Of a DNA stretch of 34,076 nt, positions 1 to 9,468 are shown piece by piece. Within the stretch, counting starts at the first letter, position 1, and every line of letters begins with the position of its first letter. The stretch is taken from positions 1 to 34,076 of the forward strand of contig JBDLRP010000007.1 in NCBI GenBank assembly GCA_039799905.1. The letters are read 5' to 3'. This DNA comes from Pseudomonadota bacterium. GTDB taxonomy: Bacteria; Bdellovibrionota_B; Oligoflexia; Silvanigrellales; Silvanigrellaceae. Made by a program: the position numbers and the translations under genes. The notes below the pieces were generated by a model. It worked only from the letters and a program-made list of their open reading frames with translations. It had not been told where the DNA came from and did not search any database.

Positions 1-176
1 TTTTTGTCGTGTGCTGCAGACAAATATATCCACTCCCAAACCTGCGCGGCAAGCCATACGTCAAAGTGCGGTTTGCCGGGTGACTTGAAGAGCTATTCTG
101 AATTACACACTGTAGCGTTAAGCTTTTCTATTTCCCGACCGGATTGGAAATTCGCAAATAGGAAAGGAAATGCGCG

Positions 177-680
177 ATGCAAACAAGACTTTACGCCCTA
201 ATTTCAGGTTCCATACTTTTTTTGCTTGGAATTTTCGGATTCGTGTCTTTTTTTGTTTCACCGCCAAGTCCTGACTCTCCGACAATGACCATCACCTCCG
301 CATTCGGGCAGTTGTTCGCGATATTTCCGGTGAATTCGTTTTTAAATGTCATTCACTGTGTCTGGGGGCTTGTCGGTATCGTCGCATACACCAACGACAA
401 GTCGTCGGTCACATTCGCACGCTGGAGCGGTTACGGAGCAGGCCTGCTGGCCATTTTGGGAATGCTACCGTTTACCCGAACACTCGCTGGCCTGCTTCCG
501 CTCTACAGCCACAACATTTGGCTGCACGGCGTCTTTGCGTTGGTCTCTACACTTTATGCGAGTCGAAAAATGCAGGATACACTTGGACTCCGTATTCAGG
601 GTGATCAAGTCGATCAATTTGCCGCCGCGCGGAAAAGCGCACAAGAACGTAAACCCAAGGATCTCGACAAGGCGGGTTAA
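177..680 (+). CDS. DUF4383-like integral membrane protein
   Basis: Four hydrophobic segments and the N-x(2)-H patterns (FPVNSFLNVIH, HNIWLH) typical of DUF4383 proteins; AGGA upstream of the ATG. Confidence 0.7.
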   Translation: MQTRLYALISGSILFLLGIFGFVSFFVSPPSPDSPTMTITSAFGQLFAIFPVNSFLNVIHCVWGLVGIVAYTNDKSSVTFARWSGYGAGLLAILGMLPFTRTLAGLLPLYSHNIWLHGVFALVSTLYASRKMQDTLGLRIQGDQVDQFAAARKSAQERKPKDLDKAG

Positions 681-690
681 TAAACCCGCC
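671..690. terminator. Hairpin between convergent genes, possible bidirectional terminator
   Basis: GGCGGGTT-aata-AACCCGCC, a perfect 8-bp stem over the stop codon; no strong U-tract. Confidence 0.45.
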
Positions 691-725
691 GTCCGTTTAG
701 TGATCCAATTATTTTTCCAGCGTGA

Positions 726-2291
726 TCAGCCGGCGCCCTCGCCGCGCATCCTGTCTTCGAATGCACTCAGGGCAACCTTGGCTCCCTCGCCCATCGCAAT
801 GATGATCTGCTTGTAAGGCGTTGTTGTGACGTCGCCGGCTGCGTAGATTCCGCGTGTAGAGGTGCGGCCGCGGCCATCCACCTGAATCTCGCCATAGTCT
901 GACAGCTCGACCACACCCCGCAGCCCTTCACTGTTGGGAATCAGGCCGATTTGTACGAAAATCCCGTCTACGCTCAGCTGTTGAATCTTTCCGCTATTAC
1001 GATCTTCAATTTCGAGCCCCGTGACGCGATTTCCATCGCCCAAAACACGGGTAGTCTTTGCGGACAAACAGGTCGAGACATTCGCAAGCGAATTTAGTTT
1101 ATCGATTAGAACCTGATCAGCCTTGAGAGCCGGTGCGAATTCAATCAGCACAACCTCACTGCAAATGCCCGCAAGATCAATGGCCGCCTCGACCCCCGAG
1201 TTTCCACCGCCAATGACAGCAACCTTTTTGTCTTTGAAGAACGGGCCATCACAATGCGGACAATAAGCAACGCCGCGCCCAAGGTATTCTGCCTCTCCGG
1301 AAACATTCAGAGTCCGCCACTTTGCACCTGTTGCAACAATCACCTGTTCGGCAGAGAGACTCTCACCGCTATCAAGGCCAACCGATTTAATGCGTCCATC
1401 CGAGCTCAAACTGCGGAATTTACGGTGCTCAAAGATATCGACTGGGTAACTGCGCAAATGAGTATTGAGTCCTGCTGCCAACTGAGGACCTTCGGTGTAG
1501 AGAACTGAAATCATGTTCTCGATTCCCTTCGTCTCATTCACCTGCCCGCCAAGCCGTTCCGCTACCAATGCTGTTTTGAGTCCTTTGCGTGCGCTGTAAA
1601 TAGCCGCCGAAACTCCGGCAGGACCTCCGCCGAGGACAACGACATCAAACTGCCCGAGGTTTTCGTTTGCTGTCGCACCCGTTTGTTTTGTTCCAAGTTC
1701 AGTTTCAAGTTTTTCAAGCAGTTGAAGCAGCGAGCCACGACCGCTATGAATGAGCTTGTCTCCGATGAATACCGCAGGAACTCCCTGAATGTTCAGCCGT
1801 GCGAGTTCCTCCTGAACCATGCCACCCTCAACCATCACGTGCTCCACTTGGCCACCGAAGATTGCGATCTGATTCATCGCCTGCACGACATCAGGACAAT
1901 TCTCACAGCTCAGCGAAACATATGTACGGATTGAAGCACGACGGCCAAGCTGCTGCATTCGCCTTTTAAGCGCTGCATCCGGAGCACGTCCGGCGCCGCC
2001 CGCATTAAGAATGGCCAGAACCAAAGAACTAAATTCATGCCCTCCCGGAATACCAACGAAGCCCGCGCCGCTCGGTTGACCGGCGGATAAAATCTCGAAA
2101 CTGGGCACGGCTGATGAGTTTGTCTGTGAAATACTCACGCTGATTTTGTCGGAGCAATCAGCTACAGCGTTCAGCATTTCAAGCAGCTCGCCTTGCTGTG
2201 GATGAGCGGAAGCAGGAGCCCGCAATTCAACATTGTTTTCAATCTTTGCAAAATAATCTCTCAATTGAATTTTTAGTTCTTCGTCGAGCAT
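726..2291 (-). CDS. ahpF: Alkyl hydroperoxide reductase subunit F
   Basis: 521 aa; GHEFSSLVLA, N-terminal domain CENC, GGGPAG FAD motif, YCPHCDGP redox centre, GGGNSG NADH motif; directly downstream of ahpC. Confidence 0.97.
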   Translation of the reverse strand: MLDEELKIQLRDYFAKIENNVELRAPASAHPQQGELLEMLNAVADCSDKISVSISQTNSSAVPSFEILSAGQPSGAGFVGIPGGHEFSSLVLAILNAGGAGRAPDAALKRRMQQLGRRASIRTYVSLSCENCPDVVQAMNQIAIFGGQVEHVMVEGGMVQEELARLNIQGVPAVFIGDKLIHSGRGSLLQLLEKLETELGTKQTGATANENLGQFDVVVLGGGPAGVSAAIYSARKGLKTALVAERLGGQVNETKGIENMISVLYTEGPQLAAGLNTHLRSYPVDIFEHRKFRSLSSDGRIKSVGLDSGESLSAEQVIVATGAKWRTLNVSGEAEYLGRGVAYCPHCDGPFFKDKKVAVIGGGNSGVEAAIDLAGICSEVVLIEFAPALKADQVLIDKLNSLANVSTCLSAKTTRVLGDGNRVTGLEIEDRNSGKIQQLSVDGIFVQIGLIPNSEGLRGVVELSDYGEIQVDGRGRTSTRGIYAAGDVTTTPYKQIIIAMGEGAKVALSAFEDRMRGEGAG

Positions 2292-2324
2292 GACATCCTC
2301 CTGACTAATCCTTTAAGGCGCTCG

Positions 2325-2365
2325 GTTGCTGAGCCGGCCGGCGTGCAACCGGCCGGCGCAGCAAC
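2325..2365. terminator. 17-bp stem-loop between ahpC and ahpF (mRNA stabiliser or partial terminator)
   Basis: GTTGCTGAGCCGGCCGG-cgtgcaa-CCGGCCGGCGCAGCAAC, one mismatch in 17 bp, immediately after the ahpC stop. Confidence 0.7.
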
Positions 2366-2366
2366 T

Positions 2367-2933
2367 TCAGATCTTTCCAACCAAATTGAGCCCGGGTTTC
2401 AGAGTCTGCTGTCCCGGCTTCCATTTCGCTGGACACACTTCGCCTGAATTGTTCGCAACAAATTGCGCGGCCTGCACTTTGCGGAAAAGCTCCTCGGCAT
2501 TGCGGCCAATGCCGTTGTCATGGATTTCGACGATCTTGATGAGCCCATCGGGATTCACAACAAATGTTCCGCGGTTGGCCACACCTTCCGCTTCGATATG
2601 AACGCCGAATGCACGGCTGAGGTGTCCGGTCGGGTCAGCCAGCATCGGGAATTTGATTTTCTTGATGGTCTCGGAAGCGTCGTGCCACGCTTTGTGTGTG
2701 AAATGCGTGTCGGTGCTCACCGAATAGATTTCCACACCCAGTGAACGGAACTTCTCGTAGTAGTCTGCCATGTCGCCAAGCTCGGTCGGACAGACAAAGG
2801 TGAAGTCTGCTGGATAAAAGAAAAACACAGACCATTTGCCCTTAAGATCGCTTTGCGTCACCGTCTTGAATGACTCGTTGACGTAGGCCTGAACGCTGAA
2901 ATCTGTGACTTTTGTATTGATGATATTCATCAT
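2367..2933 (-). CDS. ahpC: Alkyl hydroperoxide reductase subunit C (2-Cys peroxiredoxin)
   Basis: FFYPADFTFVCPTE peroxidatic motif and GEVCPAKW resolving motif; GAGGTG RBS places the start at 2933 or 2930 rather than 2969. Confidence 0.97.
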   Translation of the reverse strand: MMNIINTKVTDFSVQAYVNESFKTVTQSDLKGKWSVFFFYPADFTFVCPTELGDMADYYEKFRSLGVEIYSVSTDTHFTHKAWHDASETIKKIKFPMLADPTGHLSRAFGVHIEAEGVANRGTFVVNPDGLIKIVEIHDNGIGRNAEELFRKVQAAQFVANNSGEVCPAKWKPGQQTLKPGLNLVGKI

Positions 2934-3005
2934 GGCGCACCTCGAAAAAAAAAGTTGAAACCTCAGCAAGGGGCTTCTCTTCGCCCCTCACATCTGAATC
3001 ATCGC

Positions 3006-3061
3006 CTATTTTTTCGATAATCAAAGTCGATAGTTTCTATAGACCAATAGAGAAAAGCTAT
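3006..3061. promoter_or_regulatory. OxyR-like operator upstream of ahpCF
   Basis: CTAT(3006)-N7-ATAA(3017)-N7-CGAT(3028)-N7-ATAG(3039), plus a perfect ATAG-N7-CTAT at 3047-3061; matches OxyR ATAG-N7-CTAT periodicity. Confidence 0.65.
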
Positions 3062-3075
3062 TAAGCGCACTCGGC

Positions 3076-4197
3076 TCAACGCGCGCCAATTTGCACGACG
3101 TGATTGGATAGATGCTCCAGCCACTCGTATTCGAAGAGCATTATCTTGGGAGCGAAAGGGGTCTCTTCACCGGTATTCGCGGCGTCGTAGTCATAAGTCC
3201 CTTCAGAACCATAGAACTCAGAGTTCCTCACATAAAAGACACCTTTGCCGCGGCAGCCGCCCGAGCCCTCATAGCTGCTCTTTAGTTTGCTACGCTTGCC
3301 GCGCGCATCTTTTGCTTTGAATAGGTACTCACTGCGCAGTTTTTCAGATGTGGCCCGCGCAGCTTTTTGCTCCCATTCCAACGCTTTTTCCTCAAAATAC
3401 CGAATAGTATTTTCCACGAAACCGCATTGCCGGCTGTCCCGTTCATCATCGAAACCGACAACAAAAACCGAGTGCCAATAACCCTCATGGTTGTAGATCA
3501 CCTGCACGGGCGCCTTGTTCTCAACCAAAGCGTCTTTAACACGTCCGACAATACCGGCAGGATTCAAACCAAGATTCCATTGATCAGAATCCGGATCCGC
3601 ATAGATGACTTCGCGGGTGAATTTTGGGATTTCCACATAACCAGAGGTCACCGACTTGATATTGTCGAACCAGTTGATGATGACCCCATAGGTGCTTCCT
3701 GCGGCATTGGGCGCGGCCGGAAAAATATCCCCTTTAGAGTCCTCGCGGTACCAACCTTTGGTGAAGGGGTACGCACTGTTAAGCAGACTGCGGCCCGAGG
3801 AATTGAGAATCTCTATGCTGTCGGTTCGCCAGTCCTGCACGTTTTTCTGAAACTTTTTGTATGCAGAAATGTTGATGAGGTAGCGTTCCGACAAATCCAA
3901 AGGACCATTGGGGGCCCGCGACACATGAGGATTCAACCGCGCCAGCCACCACTCTGCAATGCCCGTCAGTGACATATAGAGACAACTGCCCGCATCCTCT
4001 TGATGAGGCGAGGGCAGGATATACGGAACGAGTTCGGTGTATCCAGCGAGTGTCCGGACATCCTTGATAATTTCGGGCTTGTAGTTCTTCGGAGTTGCAG
4101 CTGCCGGTGCAGGCAGGCAGGTGAAAACCATCAAGGCCAATAAAACCCAATCTTTGAGGTGCGGTTTTGCCGACGCCACGGTGTTCTCCTCATTCAT
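3076..4197 (-). CDS. Secreted papain-like (C1 family) cysteine peptidase
   Basis: Signal-like N-terminus; HQEDAGSCL (Gln and catalytic Cys), DLSERYL, WHSVFVVGFDD (catalytic His), FYVRNS (catalytic Asn). Confidence 0.75.
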   Translation of the reverse strand: MNEENTVASAKPHLKDWVLLALMVFTCLPAPAAATPKNYKPEIIKDVRTLAGYTELVPYILPSPHQEDAGSCLYMSLTGIAEWWLARLNPHVSRAPNGPLDLSERYLINISAYKKFQKNVQDWRTDSIEILNSSGRSLLNSAYPFTKGWYREDSKGDIFPAAPNAAGSTYGVIINWFDNIKSVTSGYVEIPKFTREVIYADPDSDQWNLGLNPAGIVGRVKDALVENKAPVQVIYNHEGYWHSVFVVGFDDERDSRQCGFVENTIRYFEEKALEWEQKAARATSEKLRSEYLFKAKDARGKRSKLKSSYEGSGGCRGKGVFYVRNSEFYGSEGTYDYDAANTGEETPFAPKIMLFEYEWLEHLSNHVVQIGAR

Positions 4198-4305
4198 CGA
4201 ATGGCGCGAAGATTAAGCACATCGTTCCAGACACGACAAGAGAATAGAATGAAAATTCAAGGAATCGAATTAAATTCAGCCCTTTCGGGTGGTTATTACC
4301 AAAAC

Positions 4306-4333
4306 TCAAGACTCAACGCAGTAATTTCGATAT
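4306..4333 (+). promoter_or_regulatory. Possible sigma28 (FliA)-type promoter, weak
   Basis: TCAA-N16-TTCGATAT, just upstream of the GAGGTG RBS of the vWA gene. Confidence 0.35.
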
Positions 4334-4350
4334 GGACCTAGAGGTGTCGT

Positions 4351-5340
4351 ATGAGAACCGTCAGTCTTTTCGTGTTTATTTCTGCAAGCTTGAGCGCATG
4401 CGGTGACTCAAAGTACCAATCTGCGACACCCAACAACAAAGCCAAGGGTGCGGCCAATGCCAACGCAGGAACTGAAGACGTGTCGGGACAACTCAAAGAG
4501 ACGTTTGCGGTCGAGTCATCCTCAGGCAAGACAGATATCGTGTGGGTTGTTGATCAGTCGGGCTCGATGTCGACGGAAACCCAGAACGTTCAAAACAATC
4601 TTTCCAATTTCTTCAACTCGCTCAATCAAAAGGTGGACGCCCGATACGCGCTGATTGCCAGCTCGTCCTCAAGCAACAAAATCTCGCTGCCCGCCGCAAG
4701 TGACAAACAACTGCAAATCGAACAGAGCGTTGCGAGTACGAATGCGCTTGAAATTGCTATCAGCACGTTCACACGCGCCGACGTGCCCGAGCAGCCACTC
4801 ATCGATCCGAACAACCCTGCCGCTGGCCGCATCACGAAATATCCAACCCAAGGAGCACTGAGCAATTTCTTCCGTTCCGATGCACTGCCAGTTGTTGTTG
4901 TTGTGACCGACGACAACGCAAGAAAGGTAACCGAACAAAATTTTCTGCAACTCGCAAAAGCAGCAATCGGTAAGGAACCCAAGGTGTATGCATGGCGTGG
5001 GAATAAGTCGCTGCCGGAAATTCCGAACGCACAGTGCAACGTGGCACGCGACGGAATCGCATACGAGAAACTTGCGGAAGCGACCGGTGGCGAGGTTTTT
5101 AATCTTTGTGAACCCGACTGGAGCGCGACCTTCTCCAAACTGACAACCAACATCATTGCGGCAGTCAAGAACTCATTCACAGTTCAGAAAGAAATTAAAT
5201 CGGTCGTCTCGGTGACAATCGACGGACGAAAGCTGGACGCAAACAAGATCACGACCGCGGGCCGGACCATCACTCTGCCTCAGGATGAACTCAGCAAAAG
5301 CCCTAATGGCAAGGTGACCATCACATATGTGCCGAAGTAA
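4351..5340 (+). CDS. von Willebrand factor A (vWA) domain lipoprotein
   Basis: Lipobox LSAC; DIVWVVDQSGSMS MIDAS DxSxS, VVVVTDD, LAEATGGEVF; C-terminal beta-rich domain; GAGGTG RBS. Confidence 0.85.
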   Translation: MRTVSLFVFISASLSACGDSKYQSATPNNKAKGAANANAGTEDVSGQLKETFAVESSSGKTDIVWVVDQSGSMSTETQNVQNNLSNFFNSLNQKVDARYALIASSSSSNKISLPAASDKQLQIEQSVASTNALEIAISTFTRADVPEQPLIDPNNPAAGRITKYPTQGALSNFFRSDALPVVVVVTDDNARKVTEQNFLQLAKAAIGKEPKVYAWRGNKSLPEIPNAQCNVARDGIAYEKLAEATGGEVFNLCEPDWSATFSKLTTNIIAAVKNSFTVQKEIKSVVSVTIDGRKLDANKITTAGRTITLPQDELSKSPNGKVTITYVPK

Positions 5341-5387
5341 AAAAGCCAAGACAACCAATCAAAACGAAAAGCAAATACGAAATAAGT

Positions 5388-5415
5388 TAAAGAAAAATAG
5401 AAAAAAAACCGACAA
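5388..5415 (+). promoter_or_regulatory. Possible sigma28-type promoter, probably giving a leaderless mRNA
   Basis: TAAA-N16-ACCGACAA ending 7 nt before ATG 5423; no Shine-Dalgarno visible. Confidence 0.4.
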
Positions 5416-5422
5416 CGTACAA

Positions 5423-7069
5423 ATGAGATACTTTGGACACACATATTCAGTTTTTTTATCTGCAAGCCTGCTGCTCGCCTGCAAACCAACCTCTGAATCT
5501 TCGTGCCTGTCGACTTCCAGTGAGACTCTCAAACTTGCACCCACCGAGAAGGTCGCCCAAGGTGGTTACATTCAGTTCGACGACAAAGCGTGCAACGCGA
5601 CCTTTGATGTTGAAAAAATCACCAGCGATACAATCAAACTTCGAGCTTATTCGGCGAGGCATTGCAGATCTGAAAATGCCCTCGACAACAGCAAGACACA
5701 GGTACATCTATACTTTTCCTCCACGCCGCAACGCAGTGCAGGTTACGTCAAGAACATTCCCGTGACCGAGGACTTCACGACACGCTCAAAAAACCTGCTA
5801 AAGGATTTTCAAAAATCTTCTCTCCCCAAAGAGCTGGAAGGATTTTTTCTGGCAGCGCTCAAAGTTCCGACCCACAGCGAGTTCGACTCACAAAGAGGTG
5901 GCTTCGGCGCTGCGGGTTCGGTTCAGGTCCAGCCTGAAAATATCGTCTGCTTCAATGAAAAGATCCCCCGCTTTGACGATTCGATCAGCCTGACGGACTT
6001 ATGTTGGAGCGCCCTCGATGTGGGAATCTATGATTTAGAAATCAGCAAGACATCAGTGTCGGAAAATGTTTTCAAATTCCTTTCACAGCAACTTGCCGAT
6101 AAGCAAAAAAAGACCGCTGCATATCTTCAACAGGATCCCAAAATCACCCCACTGATAAGAGACCAGAAGGGTGACCTGACACGAATCCAGTCCAACCTCC
6201 GCTTTCAGAACTATGCGCCGTTGGCTTATTTGCTGAGTTTTGACCACTGCAAAGTCGCCTCGCCCGCAGAGGGCGCATCAGCACTCATCTGCAGGAATCA
6301 GAATAAATTGATCGAACTTGCAGGAAAATATTTGACCGAGATTGATACCGACGGTTCATCAATAAACATCTTCGACCGGCTTGCGCGTGAAACAGATTTT
6401 GCCGCACCCGGTATTCCACTCCGTGAGCTTCGGGCTGGACGGCGCCTTGCGATGCCGCAGGCTTCCGCAACTTTCGCTACCCTGCAGAACAAAGCTGAAC
6501 TTTATTCAGTCGACATGTTTTCTACATTCAAACTGTCACAACGAACCTCTTTGGACAATATGCTAAAACGCATTGAGCAAAGCTCAAACAGTCCAGACAA
6601 AACACTCATTTCGCAAGATTTTGTGGTGAGCACAAACGTCAAAATCGCGGCCGACGGTCAGTCTTCACCGCCCGTGTTCGCTCAATTTTCCATCTCGGAA
6701 ATTGCACTCGGCAATCAGTCGCTGGAGATCGCCCGTGATATTTCAACGCTCGAGGCAATAAAAAAGCAGATACACGGGGTAACTCAATACGGCACTTTGC
6801 GCATTGGCGTGCGTAACAGAAATCAGCGCGTCAGTTTTGACGCGACGGACAGCGGATCGCTCATCACATTGTTTGGAATGGTGCCATTGATGGTCTTGAA
6901 TACTGTAGATGACAAACCGGTTTCGGGTGGTGCATCAATTCTTGCCCTACCCGAGGCGCAACCGGAAACAGACTCATCTGCCGACGGCAGCGTCGCTGCA
7001 CCATCCGGACCTAGCGCTCCCGTAACCGGAAGAAAAGGCAAAACGACGGTTAGCGCAGCCTGCCGATGA
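5423..7069 (+). CDS. Lipoprotein with split trypsin-like serine protease motifs (paralog of 19959-21602)
   Basis: Lipobox LLAC after the Met at 5423; C-x(n)-YSARHC and ATDSGS motifs; collinear similarity to the 19959 protein. Confidence 0.6.
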   Translation: MRYFGHTYSVFLSASLLLACKPTSESSCLSTSSETLKLAPTEKVAQGGYIQFDDKACNATFDVEKITSDTIKLRAYSARHCRSENALDNSKTQVHLYFSSTPQRSAGYVKNIPVTEDFTTRSKNLLKDFQKSSLPKELEGFFLAALKVPTHSEFDSQRGGFGAAGSVQVQPENIVCFNEKIPRFDDSISLTDLCWSALDVGIYDLEISKTSVSENVFKFLSQQLADKQKKTAAYLQQDPKITPLIRDQKGDLTRIQSNLRFQNYAPLAYLLSFDHCKVASPAEGASALICRNQNKLIELAGKYLTEIDTDGSSINIFDRLARETDFAAPGIPLRELRAGRRLAMPQASATFATLQNKAELYSVDMFSTFKLSQRTSLDNMLKRIEQSSNSPDKTLISQDFVVSTNVKIAADGQSSPPVFAQFSISEIALGNQSLEIARDISTLEAIKKQIHGVTQYGTLRIGVRNRNQRVSFDATDSGSLITLFGMVPLMVLNTVDDKPVSGGASILALPEAQPETDSSADGSVAAPSGPSAPVTGRKGKTTVSAACR

Positions 7070-7070
7070 G

Positions 7071-7976
7071 CTAATTTATTAAGAGATCAACCGTGTTGAC
7101 TTCGATCTTTTCGGTGACGGTGAAGGCGATACCTTTCTCGTAATAGGCTGCCTCGTTGATAAACACTGCCCATGCAGTTCCTGAGTTCCACAGTATTTCT
7201 CGCCCTTTGAAATCGATGAAAATAGGGTCACCGTCTTTGAGCGGCTGAAAATCACGACCCTGCAAAAGCGGATGAATCATTGCCGTCGGCAGTCCGTCAT
7301 CCCCGCGCGGATAATCAACATGGTTCAGGAACGAGTACAAAGGAACGCTTGGCGGCAATGCTGGCAGCTCACCGCAATTCCAGAACTCAACAAAATCAAG
7401 GCAAGCGGAAACTAAATCCGCAGTCTTAAAAACCCACTCAGCATTCAAAACACCGTTGGCAACAGCACCGATCTCGATCGCAAAACCGAATTTGGAAAGC
7501 GAATTCAGGAAACCGGGTTGGGACTTTGGCTCCTGCCAGAGATACGCGTTCACACTCGGAAATTTCGAACGTAGATAAGCGTAAAGCAAAATATTGAAAG
7601 GCTCTCGATTGGTCAGAACAAGGCTCAGGCCCATCTGTGCGGTGGTTGAGTGAAGGTCAAAAATGACGCTCGGTAAGCCGCCTGCACAGTTTTTTCTCAG
7701 CTCGAGTTCAATATCCCGCGCGCGCGAAAGTTCGAATGCCTCTGGATTGGCGATTTCGCCGCTGGGATGAAAACTTCTGTTGAGGTCGCGCTCGACGTAG
7801 CGCCTGCAAATTGAAAATGCGCGCTGGTTGGCGAGCAGGGGAATAGTTTTGAACGATGCACGTCGCAAAAATTCTGGATTTTGAAGCCAGTGCCGCGCTA
7901 GAAACGCCCCCGTATATTCATTGCCGTGCGTTCCGCCGGAAACAAGAACATGGTCGAGATGCTGAATCTTTTTCAC
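7071..7976 (-). CDS. Aspartoacylase (AstE/AspA family zinc hydrolase)
   Basis: GGTHGNE, RYVERDLNR, DLHSTTA, IHPLLQGRDF, FINEAAYYEK motifs; GTG start overlaps the upstream stop. Confidence 0.9.
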   Translation of the reverse strand: MKKIQHLDHVLVSGGTHGNEYTGAFLARHWLQNPEFLRRASFKTIPLLANQRAFSICRRYVERDLNRSFHPSGEIANPEAFELSRARDIELELRKNCAGGLPSVIFDLHSTTAQMGLSLVLTNREPFNILLYAYLRSKFPSVNAYLWQEPKSQPGFLNSLSKFGFAIEIGAVANGVLNAEWVFKTADLVSACLDFVEFWNCGELPALPPSVPLYSFLNHVDYPRGDDGLPTAMIHPLLQGRDFQPLKDGDPIFIDFKGREILWNSGTAWAVFINEAAYYEKGIAFTVTEKIEVNTVDLLIN

Positions 7977-8779
7977 CGGCGTGTCTCCGAGAAGAAATTT
8001 GATGATTTGATGACGGCATCAATGGCCTGATTGAAGTCGAACGCACAATGCCCTGCAGCGTCGGTAAAAGACGCGCGCACCGGCAAGCCCATTTCGGCGT
8101 ATCGGGTAAGGCCAGCCTTCACCTGCTCGAGCAGAAAATCAGATTTTCCTATCTGCACAAACAAGGGAAAGCGGACGTCGAGTGTTTTGACACCGACAAT
8201 CCGAGGATAATTAGGCCACGCTCCGCCGCACAATGCCAGTGCAAGGCCTTTGAATTGACTCGCATGACGGGGATAAAAATCGCCCATAAGGAATGTGGCT
8301 CCGGCTGAGACGCCCACGAGCATCAACGGTTCACGCTTTTGCGCCCTGCTCAAATTAAAGTGCGCTGGAAGATCCTCGCGCAGGAATTCAAGCAAAAACT
8401 TGTCCTGCCCCTCTCCGGTTGCGCTCTCGAAGGGCCAGTTTCTTTTTTTGTTGGGTGCAGCCAATGCCGCCATGCGAAACTGATTGCGGCATGCGGAAAG
8501 GCTGACTGATTCAAGCAGACTCTGCAAATTTCCTGCTCCACCGCTGCCATGCAGCACGACCATGGTTGCGCGCGCAGAGGCAGACTTATTTTTCAGTGCA
8601 GAACCAGCTCCGGCGTCAGCGCATTGCGCAAAGTTCGCCTGTGTCTCGGGAAATCCTGATTTTCTAAAAGATACGGAGAGTGAAGTCAGGAGCGGGTCGG
8701 TGCCGGCCGGACCGGCCAAACCGACAAAACGAACAGCGAGGCAATAAATGAAGATTGTCTGGCGCAATACGGAGCGCAA
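7973..8779 (-). CDS. Secreted alpha/beta-hydrolase (esterase-like)
   Basis: VVLHGSGG, GVSAG nucleophile elbow, candidate Asp (GKSD) and His (AGHC); start codon uncertain (TTG). Confidence 0.7.
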   Translation of the reverse strand: MRSVLRQTIFIYCLAVRFVGLAGPAGTDPLLTSLSVSFRKSGFPETQANFAQCADAGAGSALKNKSASARATMVVLHGSGGAGNLQSLLESVSLSACRNQFRMAALAAPNKKRNWPFESATGEGQDKFLLEFLREDLPAHFNLSRAQKREPLMLVGVSAGATFLMGDFYPRHASQFKGLALALCGGAWPNYPRIVGVKTLDVRFPLFVQIGKSDFLLEQVKAGLTRYAEMGLPVRASFTDAAGHCAFDFNQAIDAVIKSSNFFSETRR

Positions 8780-8789
8780 AAGTTCATTC

Positions 8790-9305
8790 CTATCTCAATG
8801 AGCAAGCAGCATTTGCAGTCGCGAACTGCTGGCTGGCTGCGAGCAGGACTTTCACAGACTGACCGGCAGTAGCGCTTGGAAAACCGACGTACACTTTAAA
8901 CTGACCCGGACCGGCGATGGATGCAACGACTTGAAAACCTGCCTGCCCAAGCGCCTCCGCCACGTAGCGCCCTTGTAAGTCGACAACCAACAGAGCAGCA
9001 TCTGAGACGCCGCCAGGCAGATGGGTCGCAACACACGCGGTGATGAGTTTCCCCGAGGAAAGAGAAACGCTGACTTCTGCGAAAGGCACTTCATTGAAGC
9101 AATAGCCTGATGACAATGAGGCTGACGGAAGTTGAGTTGCGCAGCGACCCGACTGTGCTGTCGCAGTGAACACTGACCCTTCTCCGCTCAAATTCCATCG
9201 CTGAGTCGATTGAGATGAAATTTTCGACCATTGTAAATCGGTATCGTGTGAACATCCCGCGGACAAAGTCGCTAGCGCGAGAAAAGAAGCACGTGCAAAT
9301 TTCAT
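8790..9305 (-). CDS. Hypothetical lipoprotein
   Basis: MKFARASFLALATLSAGC lipobox; beta-rich, 4 further Cys; fills the gap in the minus-strand gene run. Confidence 0.6.
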   Translation of the reverse strand: MKFARASFLALATLSAGCSHDTDLQWSKISSQSTQRWNLSGEGSVFTATAQSGRCATQLPSASLSSGYCFNEVPFAEVSVSLSSGKLITACVATHLPGGVSDAALLVVDLQGRYVAEALGQAGFQVVASIAGPGQFKVYVGFPSATAGQSVKVLLAASQQFATANAACSLR

Positions 9306-9468
9306 GGTAGAGCCCCCAAACAGATCCGGCGTGCAAAACGCCGCTCGAGATTGCCCGTGGCTATCCTGCAAAAGGGCTAATGCCAAGTAAAAAATGCTGG
9401 GATAACGGAAGTTTAAGTTGACTGATTAGCCAACCCAAAACACAGAACGGAAGCTGTCTGCGAAGCGC

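Noticed and set aside
5327..5422. Lys-rich N-terminal extension of the 580-aa ORF, or a simple repeat
   Set aside because: It is a translation of an A-rich intergenic spacer with no regular repeat unit; the lipoprotein signal begins at 5423
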